From Podarcis filfolensis (Eukaryota), in NCBI GenBank assembly GCA_964270895.1, contig OZ185442.1: a stretch of DNA of 64,000 nucleotides; one strand, 5' to 3'. Positions 36,530 through 49,789 of the stretch are shown piece by piece. A program made the translations under genes and the position numbers. Each line of letters begins with the position of its first letter. The stretch's first letter is position 1. Below the pieces are notes generated by a model. The model had not been told where the DNA came from. It did not search any database and was given only the letters and a program-made list of their open reading frames with translations.

Positions 36530-37080
36530 TACTTCCTCTGACAGGGGAGGGAGAACAAAGCCATCATGGCTAGTAGCCATCTGCTTCTCCTCCCCTGGAA
36601 CTTACTCCACAGTCCTTTGGGACCCAATGTCAAAGTTGGTGGTATTCATGGACAACTGGTACTCAAAGGCATTACTGCCCCCAACAGTGGCAGCAGAGCA
36701 TAGCCACCAGGGTGAGTAGACACTGACAGCCTTGTCCTCTATGAATTTGTCTAATACTCTTTTAAAGCCATTCAAGTTGGCAGCCATCACTGCATAGTAG
36801 GAATGTAATCCAAGTCAATTTCCTTTCTGGACACTCCTAAATATGTTGGGGGGGGGGGGAGGAAGAGAGGCATGGTGGGAAAGAGCCAATAGACTTTTTA
36901 AACTACATGGTAGTCAGAAGTGTATTCCTTAACGTAGGGTAAGCCACTCACAATATTTAAATAGCATGCTGCATAGTTCACATCTGTGCTGTTTAAATGC
37001 TATTGTTGGATGAACTGGTGATTAATTTTTTCTTACGATTAAGCTGAGCACAGGAAAGTTAATCCCATCTTCCCTTTCCC

Positions 37081-37401
37081 CAGTATACCTGAAGGAGTGT
37101 CTCCACTCTGCCTGGACACTGAGGTCCAGTGCCGAGGGCCTTCTGGCAGTTCCCTCGCTGCGAGAAGTGAGGTTACAGGGAACCAGGCAGAGGGCCTTCT
37201 TGGTAGTGGCACTCGCCCTTTGGAACGCCCTCCCACCAGATGTCAAAGAGAAAAACAACTACCAGACTTTTAAAAGACATCTGAAGGCAGCCCTGTTTAG
37301 GGGAGCTTTTAATGTTTGATGCACTATTGTATTTTAATATTTTGTTGGAAGCCGCCCAGAGTGGCTGGGGAAACACAGCCAGATGGGTGGGGTATAAATA
37401 A
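37081..37401 (+). mobile_element. L2 LINE 3' end
   Basis: gagggccttc...tggaacgccctccc...gacatctgaaggcagccctgttt...gccgcccagagtggctgggg...ggtataaata; shared with 39310-39621. Confidence 0.8.
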
Positions 37402-37800
37402 GTTCTTCTTGTTGTAAACTCTTAGTTAAGGTCACACAATTATACACCAACAGTACAATCCTATGAGTCCTTGATGGGGGGCACAGACTACCTATTTATT
37501 GACTGAGCATTTGTCCTGCATTCATTCTGATTTGCTTACAGGGTGTTTACACATCTTCCCATTAGTCAGTCATTCATCCCACACTCATCAAAGCATTTCC
37601 CTATCACTGTGTAATCTTGGTCCTCTCACTGCCACTCAGCCTAACTTGCCTCACCAGGTTGTTGTGAGGCTAAAAGTGGAGAAAGTATAATATATGTTAC
37701 ATTGAGCTCCTTGGAGGAAAGGTAAGATAGAAATGAAATATAGTAACAACAACCTTAAGACACTGGAAGTTGTCTTATACTTGGCCTATCTAGCTTAATA

Positions 37801-38060
37801 TAGTCATACCTCATGTTATGTTTGCTTCATGTTATGTTCTTTCAGGTTATGTCCTGTGGTGACCCGGAAGTACCGGAAAGGGTTACTTCCGGGTTTCGCC
37901 GCTCGCGCATGTGCAGAAGCGTAAAATGACATCATGTGCATGCACAGAAGTGGCGAATCGCAACCCGCACGTGCGCAGATGCGCCGCTGCGGGCTGCACT
38001 CTTTTCATGTTGTGAACGGGCCTCCGGAATGGATCCAATTCGCAACCAGAGGTACCACTG
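37801..38060. mobile_element. Tc1/mariner-type MITE (260 bp)
   Basis: TA|TAGTCATACCTC ... GAGGTACCACTG|TA. Confidence 0.8.
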
Positions 38061-38941
38061 TATTGTCAACACTGAGCAGCAGTAGCTCTCCAGGGTTTCA
38101 GACTAGGAATATTCCCAGCCCTACCTAGAGATGTTGAGGATTGAACACAGGATCTTCTGTATGCAAACAGATGCTCTACCACTGATCTAGGACCACTGAT
38201 CTAGAACAACAGTTTGGGACCAGGATATCTGAAGGGCCACCATCTATGGTATGGACCTACCAGTGCACAGAGATATCTCCAGAGGCCCCATAGTGATGTC
38301 ATGGCTAGGTAACTCCATCCCAAGAGATTTCCACCCCAAGAGATTTCCATCTCTCTTCTCCTTTCAATAACATCTCAGGATAGTTTTATTCTCTCATACC
38401 CTGGGTGACCCAATATGAAATTGTCTTGCTGCTACCTTCTGTTCCCATTTCCATGGTCTGCATTGTTCTGAAATTTTTGTAGGCTGCTTTGGGAGCTATA
38501 GAAGTGGGATGTCATTAGGGGCCAATGACTGCACCCACATGAAAAAGGCAAATAGATGATGGAAGGATCCCAGGCAGAGCAGGGAAATAAAGATCTCCCA
38601 GGATGGGCGACTAGAGGAGGAAATGAAAGCTCCCAGGCTGATTTGTGGGGAAGGTGGAGGCAGGATAAGAATTGTATTTGTGTACTGCTTTGTATTTTAG
38701 ATACCCTGCTTTGGATTTTCTTCTTTATTTTTTATCTTGCTGCTGTTATAAGAATGTGTATTTCATAATGTATTTCTTATTGTCATAGTTGTATTTCTAT
38801 AACCATTCAGAATTTTATGTTGTATAGATAGTATGCTATGTATGGACAAAGGGTGGTTTGTAAAGTTAATAAATATAAAAATAATAAAGATTAGCATTTA
38901 AATAGAATTGAGACACTTGGCCATGGATGGCTGAGGTCTAC

Positions 38942-39070
38942 CTTGGCAGAAACTTCAGCTGCACACTAAAGGATGAATGAGCTTGAATGTAGCCTGTCTT
39001 TGGAAGCAGCTCCATGTGGTTGGCAAGTTCCTTGCAAACTTCAAACTTCAACCGCAAGGCACTTTTTGCT
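38942..39070 (-). CDS. CFAP74: CFAP74 coding exon (129 nt, phase 2/2)
   Basis: ttgcag|A...AG|gtagac. Encodes AKSALRLKFEVCKELANHMELLPKTGYIQAHSSFSVQLKFLP. Confidence 0.96.
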
Positions 39071-39309
39071 CTGCAAAGAGAAGAGGAACATCTGAGTTGG
39101 CATGACATTCTCTGGCCACCTCTACTGACAGATCTGACTGTATCAGCTACCATTTCTTCTCGCATTGCACAAATACACAATGATAGCTGAATATGTTAAT
39201 TTTGGCTTCTCTCAGGCCACATTCACACCCTGCATTTAAAGCACTACTATGATACCACTTTCAACAGTCATGGTTTCTTCCCCCAAAGAATTCTGGGAGC
39301 TGTAGTTCA

Positions 39310-39621
39310 GTCCGGACACTGAGATCCAGCGCCGAGGGCATTCTGGCAGTTCCCTCATTGCGAGAAGTGAGGTTACAGGGAACCAGACAGAGGGCCTTCT
39401 CGGTAGTGGCACCCACCCTGTGGAACGCCCTTCCATCAGATGTGAAGGAAATAAGCAGCTATCTTATCTTTAAAAGACATCTGAAGGCAGCCGTAATTAG
39501 ATAAGTTTTTAATATTTAATGCTGTATTGTTTTTAACACTCGATTGGGAGCTGCCCAGAGTGGCTGGGGAAACTCAGCCAGATGGGCGGGGTATAAATAA
39601 TAAATTATTATTTTTATTATT
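39310..39621 (+). mobile_element. L2 LINE 3' end with (ATT)-rich tail
   Basis: Paralogous to 37081-37401; interrupts an older short repeat. Confidence 0.8.
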
Positions 39622-41591
39622 AAGGGTTCTGAGAGTTCTTAGGAGACCCGGCTTCTCCTCATAGAGCTACAATTTCCAGAGTGTTTTAACGTTGGAAAGG
39701 GGATGAGCCTATAGCCTATATTTTAAGACAGCAAAAACATCTCATTTAAGGAGCAATTAGCAGGAGAGCATTCGTCCAGTGCAGGATCCTGAACACCATA
39801 CAAAGAAAACAAAAAATGATTGATATTTGGTTTAAAAAAAATATGAAAAGCAGCTCAGGTTTGGGGCTAAGCAACTTGACAGTTTTCTGTCGGGAACACC
39901 TCAAAACCTTGGATTTGCATTGTGAGGATGAAGCAAATGGATCTGATAGCAAAGATACTCTGCCACTATACTTATAATCCCTTTCCTGGTAGTGAATGTT
40001 ATCTAGACCCAGGAAAGTCTCTTACATAACTTGACGTTTGTCACACTTGTAAGCTGAATTTCTGAGATAGCAGCTTTATTCATTTCCTTCCAACTGTGAA
40101 GAATCTCAGTGGGGTCTAATTCTAGTAAGGAGTTTAGGATGTATCTCTTTCCAACAAAAATAGGGAAAAAAGGAAAAGAAAAAAAAGAGAAAAATAAATA
40201 CCATTCAATTGTATTCGCTTGCATTTAACTAGAATGTGAAATAGTGATAAAGAGGAGCAAGTTAAAAATAGCAAGACTCAACATCTAGCTAGCAAAATCC
40301 ATGGATTCAAAAAAAAGGGGGGGCCGTCAGCAATGGCTGGTCAGGGGAGATGACAGAACCATTTCTAAAAAGCAAAAATTGAGCTTCCATGGCCTACAAG
40401 TGGGATGGTGCTTGTCTGCCAAGAAACAAAAACCTAAACTTTTTTCTTTTAAAACTTCCATGTGTAGAAGTCCTGTGGAGATAAATGGGAATCTTATATC
40501 CCTATGAAACTACAATATAAAAATATGGGCCAAGGGCATATATCAGCTAATCAATTAATTACTTTGTTACCGCCAATAACCAGTATTCACAGAACAGCTA
40601 AATAGAATACAAATATCCAGAGCCAGTCTAATTCTGGACCACCTGCCCTGCTTTTTAAAAAAATAATAATTTACTTTTAATAGTTTTAATAAATACAGAA
40701 AAATGAAAAAGAGAGAGGGATAAGAAGCCCCATCCCCTAACAACAACAACAAAACCTGCTTAATTTCTACAAAATTAAAGAACTTGGGTGTAGCCAAATC
40801 CTACTCAGAGTAGACCCACTGAAAGTAATGTACCTAAATTAGTCATCATCATTAACTTCAATGGATCTACTCTGAATAGGATTAGCAATGGATGCAACCC
40901 TATTCAGAATAGATCCATTGAAGTTAATGATGATCAGCAACCAGCACAGCTTCCCCATCACTTCCTTTAATATGGACCCCAGAGTTGCTTCTGACACATG
41001 TGAACAACCCAGCAAAGGCTAATGGAAATGAGCTGTCTGCCCAAAGCTCTCCTGCTGTTTACATTGGGAAGGAAAGGGTCAGCAGGCCTTTGCCTGCATT
41101 TGAGGAGAGAGCAAATAATGATAAGGTGTGCAGAAAAGGCCCGTAATCATGGGGTAGGGCTGGGAGGCTGTGGGGTTGAAGGCTGGCCACCCAAAGGCAA
41201 GGCTGGCCACCCAAGGTGACCACCTCTGAGGAAGGCAGGAAACAGACTGCGGTTGAGGAGGACTAAGCCCTGCCTACTTACTACAGCTTTGTGTGCATCG
41301 GATGACAGGTGGCACCAATACCCATTGTGATGGACCTTCATCCCAGCAGAATAAAAGTGTACTTGGGAACACAATCGAGTTCCCAGCTTTAAATAAATAA
41401 TGGCAGATTAACAAAACCAACAGTGCAATCCTATTCATGTCTGCTCAAACTAAGTTCCATTGAGTTAATTTAGACTTCCTCCCAAGTAAATGTGAATATG
41501 ATTGCAGCAAATGCTAATAAATGAGGGCAAATTTAAGAATCAGTCAACCTGCAGAAGAACCTGGAAGTAGATGAATTCCTGGGCCACACAC

Positions 41592-41713
41592 CTGCTTTGG
41601 ATGATGATGCAGTCCTGATACAGCCTGTCATACATGCAGATTTTGAGGTCAACGTTTGGATTGGGCACCCACACCGGCACAGCCACAGAAACAGCAGTGA
41701 CACTGAAGGACAA
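41592..41713 (-). CDS. CFAP74: CFAP74 coding exon (122 nt, phase 0/2)
   Basis: ttcag|TTG...AG|gtgtgt. Encodes LSFSVTAVSVAVPVWVPNPNVDLKICMYDRLYQDCIIIQS. Confidence 0.95.
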
Positions 41714-42264
41714 CTGAACACGAACAGATGCAAAGTTTCAGGGGCAACACGGTCTTGTATGCTGAAAAAACAATTGCTGCCCCAAGTGTTCAGGTTCAAA
41801 CTCTTCCCCCAAACTCTTGGAAGCCCAAATTACATACGAGAGTGGCAGATATGTTTGCTTAGTCTAGGGATGGGGAATGTTTGTGGCCCTCCGGATATCT
41901 TCCTTACCTGACCTTTGGCAACACTGGCTGGGGCTGATGGGAGCTAGAGTGCAACAACATTTGGAAAGCCACAGTTTCCCAAGCAGCCGGTAGAGTGCTT
42001 TGAAACTCTTATCAGCTTAGGGAGGAACCACCTTGTTTCAAAAAGCACTCCCTTCAATAGGAACCTGGATAGGGCTGCCCTCGTCTACCTTTTCTCTTCA
42101 CTCTACTTCTCTTGTGTGTCTTTTTAGTTCCTAAGCCCAAGGGAGTGACCATTTCTTTCCACTTTTGCTGTTGATGCCAGCTCTCTCATTTATCTGAAAA
42201 GTGTGGGGGGGTGGGGGGGGTGATAAATGAATGAATGAATATTGTATCACTTTGCTCTCACAGG

Positions 42265-42512
42265 AGGCAGTGATGGCCACCAACTTGGATGGCTTGAAAA
42301 GAGGATGGAGGACAAGGCTATCAGTGGCTATGGTTAGAAGCAGTAATGCTTCTGAATACCAGTTGCTGAAAACTGTGGGAGAGCAGAGTGCTATTGTGCT
42401 TGAATCTTGCTTGCAGATTTAGCAAAGGCATCTGGCTGGGCACTGTGAGAACAGAATGCTGAACTAGACAGGCTGTTATTCTGATCCAACAGGCTCTTTT
42501 TATGTTCTTATG
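42265..42512 (+). mobile_element. Old CR1 LINE 3' fragment
   Basis: gtgatggccaccaacttggatggcttgaaaagagg (VMATNLDGLKRG) ... ctgatccaacaggctctttttatgttcttatg. Confidence 0.75.
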
Positions 42513-43689
42513 CTCAAGTCTCCGAAAAAGCACCATCATCCTAAGAAGGGGCGCTAGTCAGAATTGCCTGCAGATCTTAGGGTGAAAAATACACGTTTGG
42601 AGGCAACTCAGGTGACCAAGGGCACTTCCAAATTGCCTGTTTATTGCACATTCATTCCTATTTGTATGCAGGGAGCTTAGATGACGTTGCATCAAAGCAA
42701 GTGTTGCCCTACACTTTTCAGTGCATCTCCCCATAAAAATCTGTCACAAAAGTCTGATCTTTGTGAGGAAACTTGGTTTGTTGTGAAAGACTTCCCAGTA
42801 AACTGCAATTGCACAATGTGATTTACTAGTACGAGGTTGAACCCCACATGAAAATAGTAACAGTATGAAAGTGCCCTAATCTGGGGCCCCAGGCCTCTGC
42901 CAAACAGCTACAATACTGTAGCTGTTTGCCCTGGAGAAGAGGTGGCTGGGTGCTTAATGCTTACTCCTTGAAAACCCCTTTTCTTGCTCAGGTTTCTGAA
43001 TGTGCCTTTGCCACATCAGGGGAAAAGAACACCTGTGGGGACTAGAAGACGATGTTGCGAGGATGGGGTGTGGGGGATGGTGGGAAGCGGGAGACAAGTT
43101 AAGCACCTTTTTTGGCAGAAGGTCCCAGTTTGACTCCTGGGCATCTCCAGGCAGGGCTGGGAAAGAATCCTCCATGGAGAGCTCCTGCCAGTCAGTGTTG
43201 ACAATGTGACACTATATGCCCTGGCTTGATGTAAGACAGCTTCCTATACTGCTCTTTTCACCTGCCACTTCCCCACTGCTAAGCATGTTTTACTGCTGTT
43301 TGGCAGCAACCCAGCTTCCCAGACCTGCTAGGTGCATATGTGGGCCTGTCAGGTGTACACTTCTGGACCTTCCAGAAGAGGGTTTCAAACCCATTTTGTC
43401 CTGAGCAAATTCTTCTAGAGCCATGCCTACCCTGGCCACATCCCTCACTAGCCTTGCTTTGCACCCTCCCCTAGTGATTGGCATTCCATGGGTGGAATGT
43501 TTCTTTGAAGTGTGATAATACTTTTTGTCTGCCTAGTGTCTGGCCAAACCCACTCTGGGAATGTGGACTCAGCAAAGTTCCCCATGAGAAAATGTGGCCC
43601 TTATGCTGAAAAGCCCTCCATCCATTCCACAGCACATCCTAGCACCAGCACAAAAAGCAAACATAAGACTCAGAGCAATAACTACTCAC

Positions 43690-43812
43690 TGGTTTGCAGT
43701 CTGGGTTGTCAAAGGTAATCTTGAAATCAGCCTGCACAGCCCCAGGAACTGCTGGGGTGAACATAATCTGAAGTTTGACAGAGCTGAAGGGTCCGATATC
43801 ACCTTCAGAAAC
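43690..43812 (-). CDS. CFAP74: CFAP74 coding exon (123 nt, phase 0/0)
   Basis: ccag|GTT...CCA|gtgagt. Encodes VSEGDIGPFSSVKLQIMFTPAVPGAVQADFKITFDNPDCKP. Confidence 0.95.
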
Positions 43813-44505
43813 CTGGATAATAAGCAAAAATGAAGAGTAACGACAGCTCAACTTTCTAAAAATGGTTTGTGGTTATTGCTTACTTTCACTTCCTTTTTAT
43901 TTTCACTCTGCATCTTTTCTCATCCATGTTTAAGTTGCATACGCACCATACTTTTAAAGCATATTTCCCACCTTCCCAAAGAATCCTAGGAACGCTAGTT
44001 TACCCCCACAGAGCAACAATTCCCAGTACCCTTTACAAGCTACCATTTCCAGGGTTCTTGTGGGGGGGGGGTAAACACTCTCCCTAGTGAAATGTGTCTG
44101 TCTCCATCATTATTAAGCTTCAGGAGGAATTTGGCTGAAGGACATGGTTTCTGGCATCCCCAAGATCACTGGATATAAGAATGTATTTTGACTGTAACTG
44201 CTTTTAAAATGTTTTTCCTTGGTCAAATTGTTGAGATAACCTTTCTTATTGTGAGCTGCTTATTGGCACAGTCCACTATGGGAAAGTGCCACTAAAATAA
44301 AAAAAACTACATGAAGATATCTCATCTAGGGTATTGGAGAGCCTTTACATTCACCAATAAGCTCACAGGGTTATATCCCATGTTAGTCCAACCCAGAGTA
44401 GACTCACTGAAATTAACAGGTGTGACTAATTAGGTACATTAATTCAAATTGGTCTACTCTGGGTAGGACTTTGTTAAGCTACAAGTTTCTCTTTCAATGC
44501 ATTAC

Positions 44506-44627
44506 CTTGCCCACTGTGATCTCAAGTACTTCTTCCCTAGATTGCTGTCCCGGAGGTCTCTCAGCTGAAGGGACTTGTAGGCTTTCCCCAATGATGTCCG
44601 TGTCGGAAGCCAGATTATCAAGTTGCC
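44506..44627 (-). CDS. CFAP74: CFAP74 coding exon (122 nt, phase 1/0)
   Basis: ttttag|GG...AAG|gtaatg. Encodes QLDNLASDTDIIGESLQVPSAERPPGQQSREEVLEITVGK; the C-terminal end resembles human EEQTEITLGE. Confidence 0.82.
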
Positions 44628-45874
44628 CTAAAAGGTAGACAAATGAGGAAACCCTGTAATATTATTAACCATATTTATTTATTTGTCTCCACCTCCTGCC
44701 TCTAAAATCGAACTCAAAGTGGCTTGTTAAAATCAGACATTAAAAACAATTGGAAAAACAAGGGGGGAAACAAAAACCCTGAACTGTTCACCAATAACAT
44801 TATATAATATGCAGATCCAACTCAACCCCAACTCACGAAAAGAATAGCAGAAAATGAAGATCCAAATGCCTGGGAGAAAAAAGTGCTTTTGCCTGCTGCC
44901 TAAAACAGATGGTGCCAGCTGTGCCTCCCTAGAGAGAAAAGTCCACTAACAGGAGCAACCACCGAAAAGAATGGCCTCAGATGACAAAAGCAGTGTCAGG
45001 GTTGGTTCAGAGTTGGAGAACCTGTGGTTTTCTTGATGCTGTTGGACTACAACTCCCATCATCCCTATGTTCCTGGTCAGGGTTGGGGTTCTGCATGCCT
45101 CTTATATAGCATGTGTGGTCCCCCAGATCTGCTAGACTAAAACTCCCACCATCCCTATTAGCCATTTGTGGCAGGAGCTGGTGGGAGTTGGAGTCGAACA
45201 TCTGGTGGGCCATAGGTTCCTCACCACTGCTATAAAACGAAACATGACTCTTCAGACAATGATACTAGAACCAACAGCCTCCTGAGCGCTGCAAAATTAT
45301 CTAAAGCATGTTTGCTCCTTCTTGGTGTTTTGTAGAGGAAGTTGATGGGATGAGTGATTTCTCTTGCAATCATAGAATACTCCAGCTGTTCCTTTCTGAC
45401 TTCTAGAAACTGCTTCCAAAGGGCTGGTGCTGCAACACCAAAAGCCCAGTTCCCAGTGTGTACAAAAAGCATAGTTGCAGCGATCTAAGGGGCAAGGAGG
45501 TCCCTTTGGCAACCTGTCCCAAGTCATGTAGGGCTGACATCAAAATGCTGCGCTGTCTTTGGTAGCGTATTGGCCACCAGTGAAGCCCTTTCAGTAGAGG
45601 TGTTATATGGTGTTTGCAGAATGTCTCAGTTAACATTCTAGCATTCATGAACAATAAATGAGAGTGAGCTATTGGGATAGGTGGCAGTTACTGTCACACA
45701 CACCCCCCCGCATTGCTTTCACCACTGCAAGAGTTATGAGAGATAGTGAGGAAATGAAAAATATATTATAAAGGTGTGAAAGTACTGCTTGTCCTCTCCA
45801 GGCCTGCAAATGGATTGGGCCCAAAGGGTGAAAGCAGGGGAGGTAAGGGTGGCAAGAAACTGCAGAGGCAGATG

Positions 45875-46221
45875 TGAAATATATTCGGAGTCGAGAGTGG
45901 ATTTCATGCTCTTTATTCAGCTCATAAATAAAGAGGTGAGGAGGAGGAATGGAAGTTCCCCGAGAATGCCTGCTTTATATATATTATTTACACAATGAGC
46001 CCCACGTGATTGGCTAATTCCGGGATTCACCTGTAGGCTAATCAGGTTGCGGATTCACTTCCATCTGGAGCTGCATTGGGTGGCTCCTGTGGACCAATCA
46101 GACTGCTGCATTCTGGACCCTATTGTTCTAGGACCAATCAGACTGCTGTATTCTGAATCCTATTGTTCTAGGACCAATCGGACTGCTGCCTTTTGGATCC
46201 TATTCAACTCAGTACATAACA
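45875..46221 (-). mobile_element. Solo LTR (347 bp), same sense as CFAP74
   Basis: TG...CA termini, perfect 5-bp TSD AGATG (45870-45874, 46222-46226); minus-strand TATATAAA (45981-45974) and AATAAA (45917-45912); three 40-bp tandem repeats. Confidence 0.88.
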
Positions 46222-47426
46222 AGATGATTCTAGTCAGAATTGGGCATTCTAATACAGCTGTGTCCAGGACCCTGATGGTCGCTGGAGACTGATTCATTAG
46301 GGTGAATGGGGCACTGCCCTGCCAATCACAGTCTGCCCTCAGCCAAGCCCCACGTGCCTGCCTTCTTAAAGCCAGTCCATGGGAGTGGCATTGTCCATCA
46401 CCTTCCTTCCTCTTAGTCTCACAGTTTTCCCCTAGGGAATTCAGCTGGGAGGAGGCCAAGGATACAATTGGAATTATTACTTGGCTCTGCCTGTCATTGG
46501 TCTTTGCTGTGTCTGTGATTGGATCTGGCTCTGCCTACTGTTGGGTCTCCCTGCCTTCTGCCCTACCAGTCCCAACAGGCACCAGCCGCCACTGCTGTAT
46601 TGCACTGGCAACTTGTTTTAGCTGTACAGTTCAAAGCCCACAGGCTAGAGTTTTGTTGAAAAGCAGCACAGCAGGGCAACTGTGGCACAGGCAGCATTTG
46701 ATAAGGACAAAAAATGGGGGAGCAAATATTTCCAAACTGAATGGCTTTATTTTCTCCAAAATAAATAAACTTGATGACGCTTTTGAAACATTTAAAAGCT
46801 GGGGAGAGAAACTTATGCAATTTATCGTTGTGTCACTTTGTTCATAAAATTGCAGGTTGTAAAAATAAACTTGTCACATGGTTCTCGCTTTTTGAGAGGT
46901 GGGTGTTTCAGATAATTTCAAGGAGAACAATGATAAGGATTCTGTATCCGTGGGAAGAAATCCTTGGAGGTTTTGTATTTGAGGGGAAACTGCCATTGCC
47001 TGCTCAGGACAGGGTTGCATGAATACGCACCTTGAGGTGCTCCTGGATAATTCTTTGTCATTAGAGGACCAAGTGACCCCAGAAGGTTGGGAATGCTGTC
47101 CTTGGGCTGAAAAGGATTCCCCACTACTGTTTTAGGCCCTTTTCCAAGCTATCATTCTCTCTCCTTGCAGGTCCATGAAGATGGGGGGGGGGGAATCCAA
47201 AATCCATAGTAGGGTAATAATGTTATTAGGCAGCTAACCCAAATGTCACAAAATGGCGAGCATGATTTTGATTTCTTCAGAACTCTTGAACAAGCCAAGT
47301 TTTGAAGGAAGCTTTTTAAAAACAAAAACAAACCAGGCACAAATAGTATCTGCAAGAGATTTTTTTCTACTTCTTTTACTTACACTCTTGGAATTTACCT
47401 TAAATCACTTAAACCAGAAACCTTAC

Positions 47427-47571
47427 CAAAATTGTCAGGCAGAGGGGTGTGGTGAATAACCTCTTCAGAGCGGTTAAGAGAAACCGTTTCCTTGTCACCA
47501 GTGAAGCGCCCCATACTAAAGTTGCTGTCTTTCTTATTCCCAGTTGTTGTTTCAACCACAGGGGCACAAAC
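47427..47571 (-). CDS. CFAP74: CFAP74 divergent linker exon (145 nt, phase 0/1)
   Basis: aattag|GTT...G|gtaagg. Open frame VCAPVVETTTGNKKDSNFSMGRFTGDKETVSLNRSEEVIHHTPLPDNF bridges the phase 0 and phase 1 neighbours exactly, but has no recognisable similarity to human. Confidence 0.7.
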
Positions 47572-48300
47572 CTAATTGGGAGATATACAAAAAGCTCTCG
47601 GGTTTACGAATTCCAATTATTTTCAGCTGGACTAAGATTTGATTTGATTTATCGTATTTATATCCTGCTTTTCATTCAGATAAATCTCAAAGCCGCTTAC
47701 AAACAATAAATAACAGTAACATAATAGAACATCACAAATACAGCATAAATCAAATAAAAATAATGAACAAATGATCAGTAAGCTTTATGGTTGAGTAGGG
47801 ATTTGAACCCTGGTCGCACCAGCTTCTAGTCTGACTCTCTAACCATTATACCACACTGACTCCCAACACAGTATCTGATCAGTCTGGCCTCCATATAGGG
47901 CTATTTCCTGGACAGCTACTCAGCCTTTTGATTCTGAAGGAAAAAAACTATCAGTAGCCACAGAACAGGACCATCCACATAAGAACACCAGAAAAACCTG
48001 CTTGATCAGGCCAGTGGCCAGCGACTCATCTAGTCCAACATCCTGTTCTCACACTGGCCAAGCAGACATCTTATGGCAGGAGTGGCCAACTCCCCAGAGA
48101 CTGCGATCTACTCACAGTTAAAGACTGGCAGTGATCTACCCCCTTTCTGATCTACCACAGACATCCAATGATGTTACCTGTTGGACGTGCCTGTCTTATG
48201 GAAAATATGCAAGCAGGACTTGAGCACAGCAGCACTTTCCCCACTTGCGATTCCCAGAGACAGGCTGCCTCTAACAGAGGGGGGTGGAACACAGTCATCA

Positions 48301-48487
48301 TGATAAGAGATTGAAAAATAGATAAGAGATAAGTTAAGAGATAATATAGACAAGAGATAGATAACAGATAAGCAAGGAAAATGATAATATAAAAGATAAG
48401 AGATAACAATATATGAGATAAGAGAGATGAGAGATAAGAGGTATGTAAGCTATATATGATAGAAGATGAGATATAAAAGATAAGAGG
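48301..48487. repeat. Degenerate GATAA(GA)-rich minisatellite
   Basis: About 12 GATAA motifs in ~190 bp by manual count. Confidence 0.85.
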
Positions 48488-49789
48488 CAGGTATGTAAAG
48501 AGGCAGGCAGGTGGGGACTGGCTGACGAAGACTGAGCTTGGTAGGGTGGCCTCCACAGAGTATATTAAAGGAAATGTCAGTGCTACATAAAACCTTGCCT
48601 TTTGTATCATCAGTTCCAGGGCCATTTCCCCTGAAACACTGCACCATATATTGCATAAAACCAGGGTATTTTTTGGAGGGGAGGGGGGAGACAAATACTC
48701 TTGAACAACATAATAGCCAGGAAACTCAGGCGGAATATATGGTCAATGAGCAGAAGCAGCCACTGACCTCAGTGTTGCTGCCATACTAGAGTAAAGTATA
48801 CTGCCCTAATCTCTGAATGGCACAAATGGGGAACGTAGGAGTCTCAGTTTAGAGAAATTTTTCATTTGTTCCAAAATGAAAGAGAGCTCATAGTGCTCAT
48901 AATGATCAAGGGGTTTGATGTTTATGGTTGTGGTAACTGCCTGCTCTCTGCTCCATTTAAGTTAGTCATCAAAGTGTTCACTGGCTTATCCCAAAAAAGG
49001 TTCCTGGGAAAAACACACACCTTGATTCGATAAAACAGTAACAAACAAGGCATGTGCAGTTTGGGACAGAGAAATTTTTTCATTTCAGTTTCTCATTTTT
49101 GCAATTCAGTTCAGCTGCCCCCATTTCCTGAGTTTGCTAATTTTTTTTAAAGTTCGCACAAAGTTTATATGCATTTGCTACATACAAGCAATTTTTGCAG
49201 ACCAATTCCCTCAACATAATGTGGTTTTGTACATCATTTTCCATAATATGAGCATTTTTGTGCTTTTTTGTAAACATTTTTTGGTTGGGCGGATGCACCA
49301 AAAATTGAAAGCAGTGCAAATTTTCAAGCGATAACTGCATTTCACTTTGATGAATGGTTCAGGAAGTTTGGTATGTTTCTATTAAAATGCAAACAAAATA
49401 TGTTTCTCCTGTATCCCTATATTCAGTCTGTACCCCACCCCATCCCACAAGAAATCTTATCAGAATGCTTTCTTTCTTTCCTTAATAGTCTTGCCTGAAA
49501 AGCAATCATTAATTTTGCTTTAAGTTTTCATATTTCTAGTAGCAACTTTAGGCTGGGGAGAAATAACATCACTGGGCTAGACTCTTGGATCCTATTTGGA
49601 AGCCAATCCAGAGCAAAAGGAATAGAGAAGAAACTCTGAATTGCAAACTCATCAGGAAAGGATTTCTGCTTCCAAGCAGGCTTAAGGGAAATGACAATCA
49701 GATCTCTCTGGGAAAGGAGCACCTATCAATGACTAGTTTGAGATATGCCGATCTATGTCGCTTAGAGCTCTCAACTGAGGAAGGCTTAC

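Noticed and set aside
46091-46210. Regular ~40-bp and ~30-bp direct repeats (also 60227-60322) resembling CRISPR arrays
   Set aside because: They are head-to-tail with no unique spacers, lie inside LTRs in a vertebrate intron, and no cas genes are present.
46302-46847. 181-aa plus-strand ORF, the longest in the track
   Set aside because: It is built largely from a dispersed repeat also seen near 9260, 17560, 26890 and 54560, is antisense to CFAP74 and shows no protein family signal.
48152-48694. 180-aa hydrophobic minus-strand ORF
   Set aside because: An artefact of translating the GATAA minisatellite (Leu/Ser/Ile/Tyr-rich).
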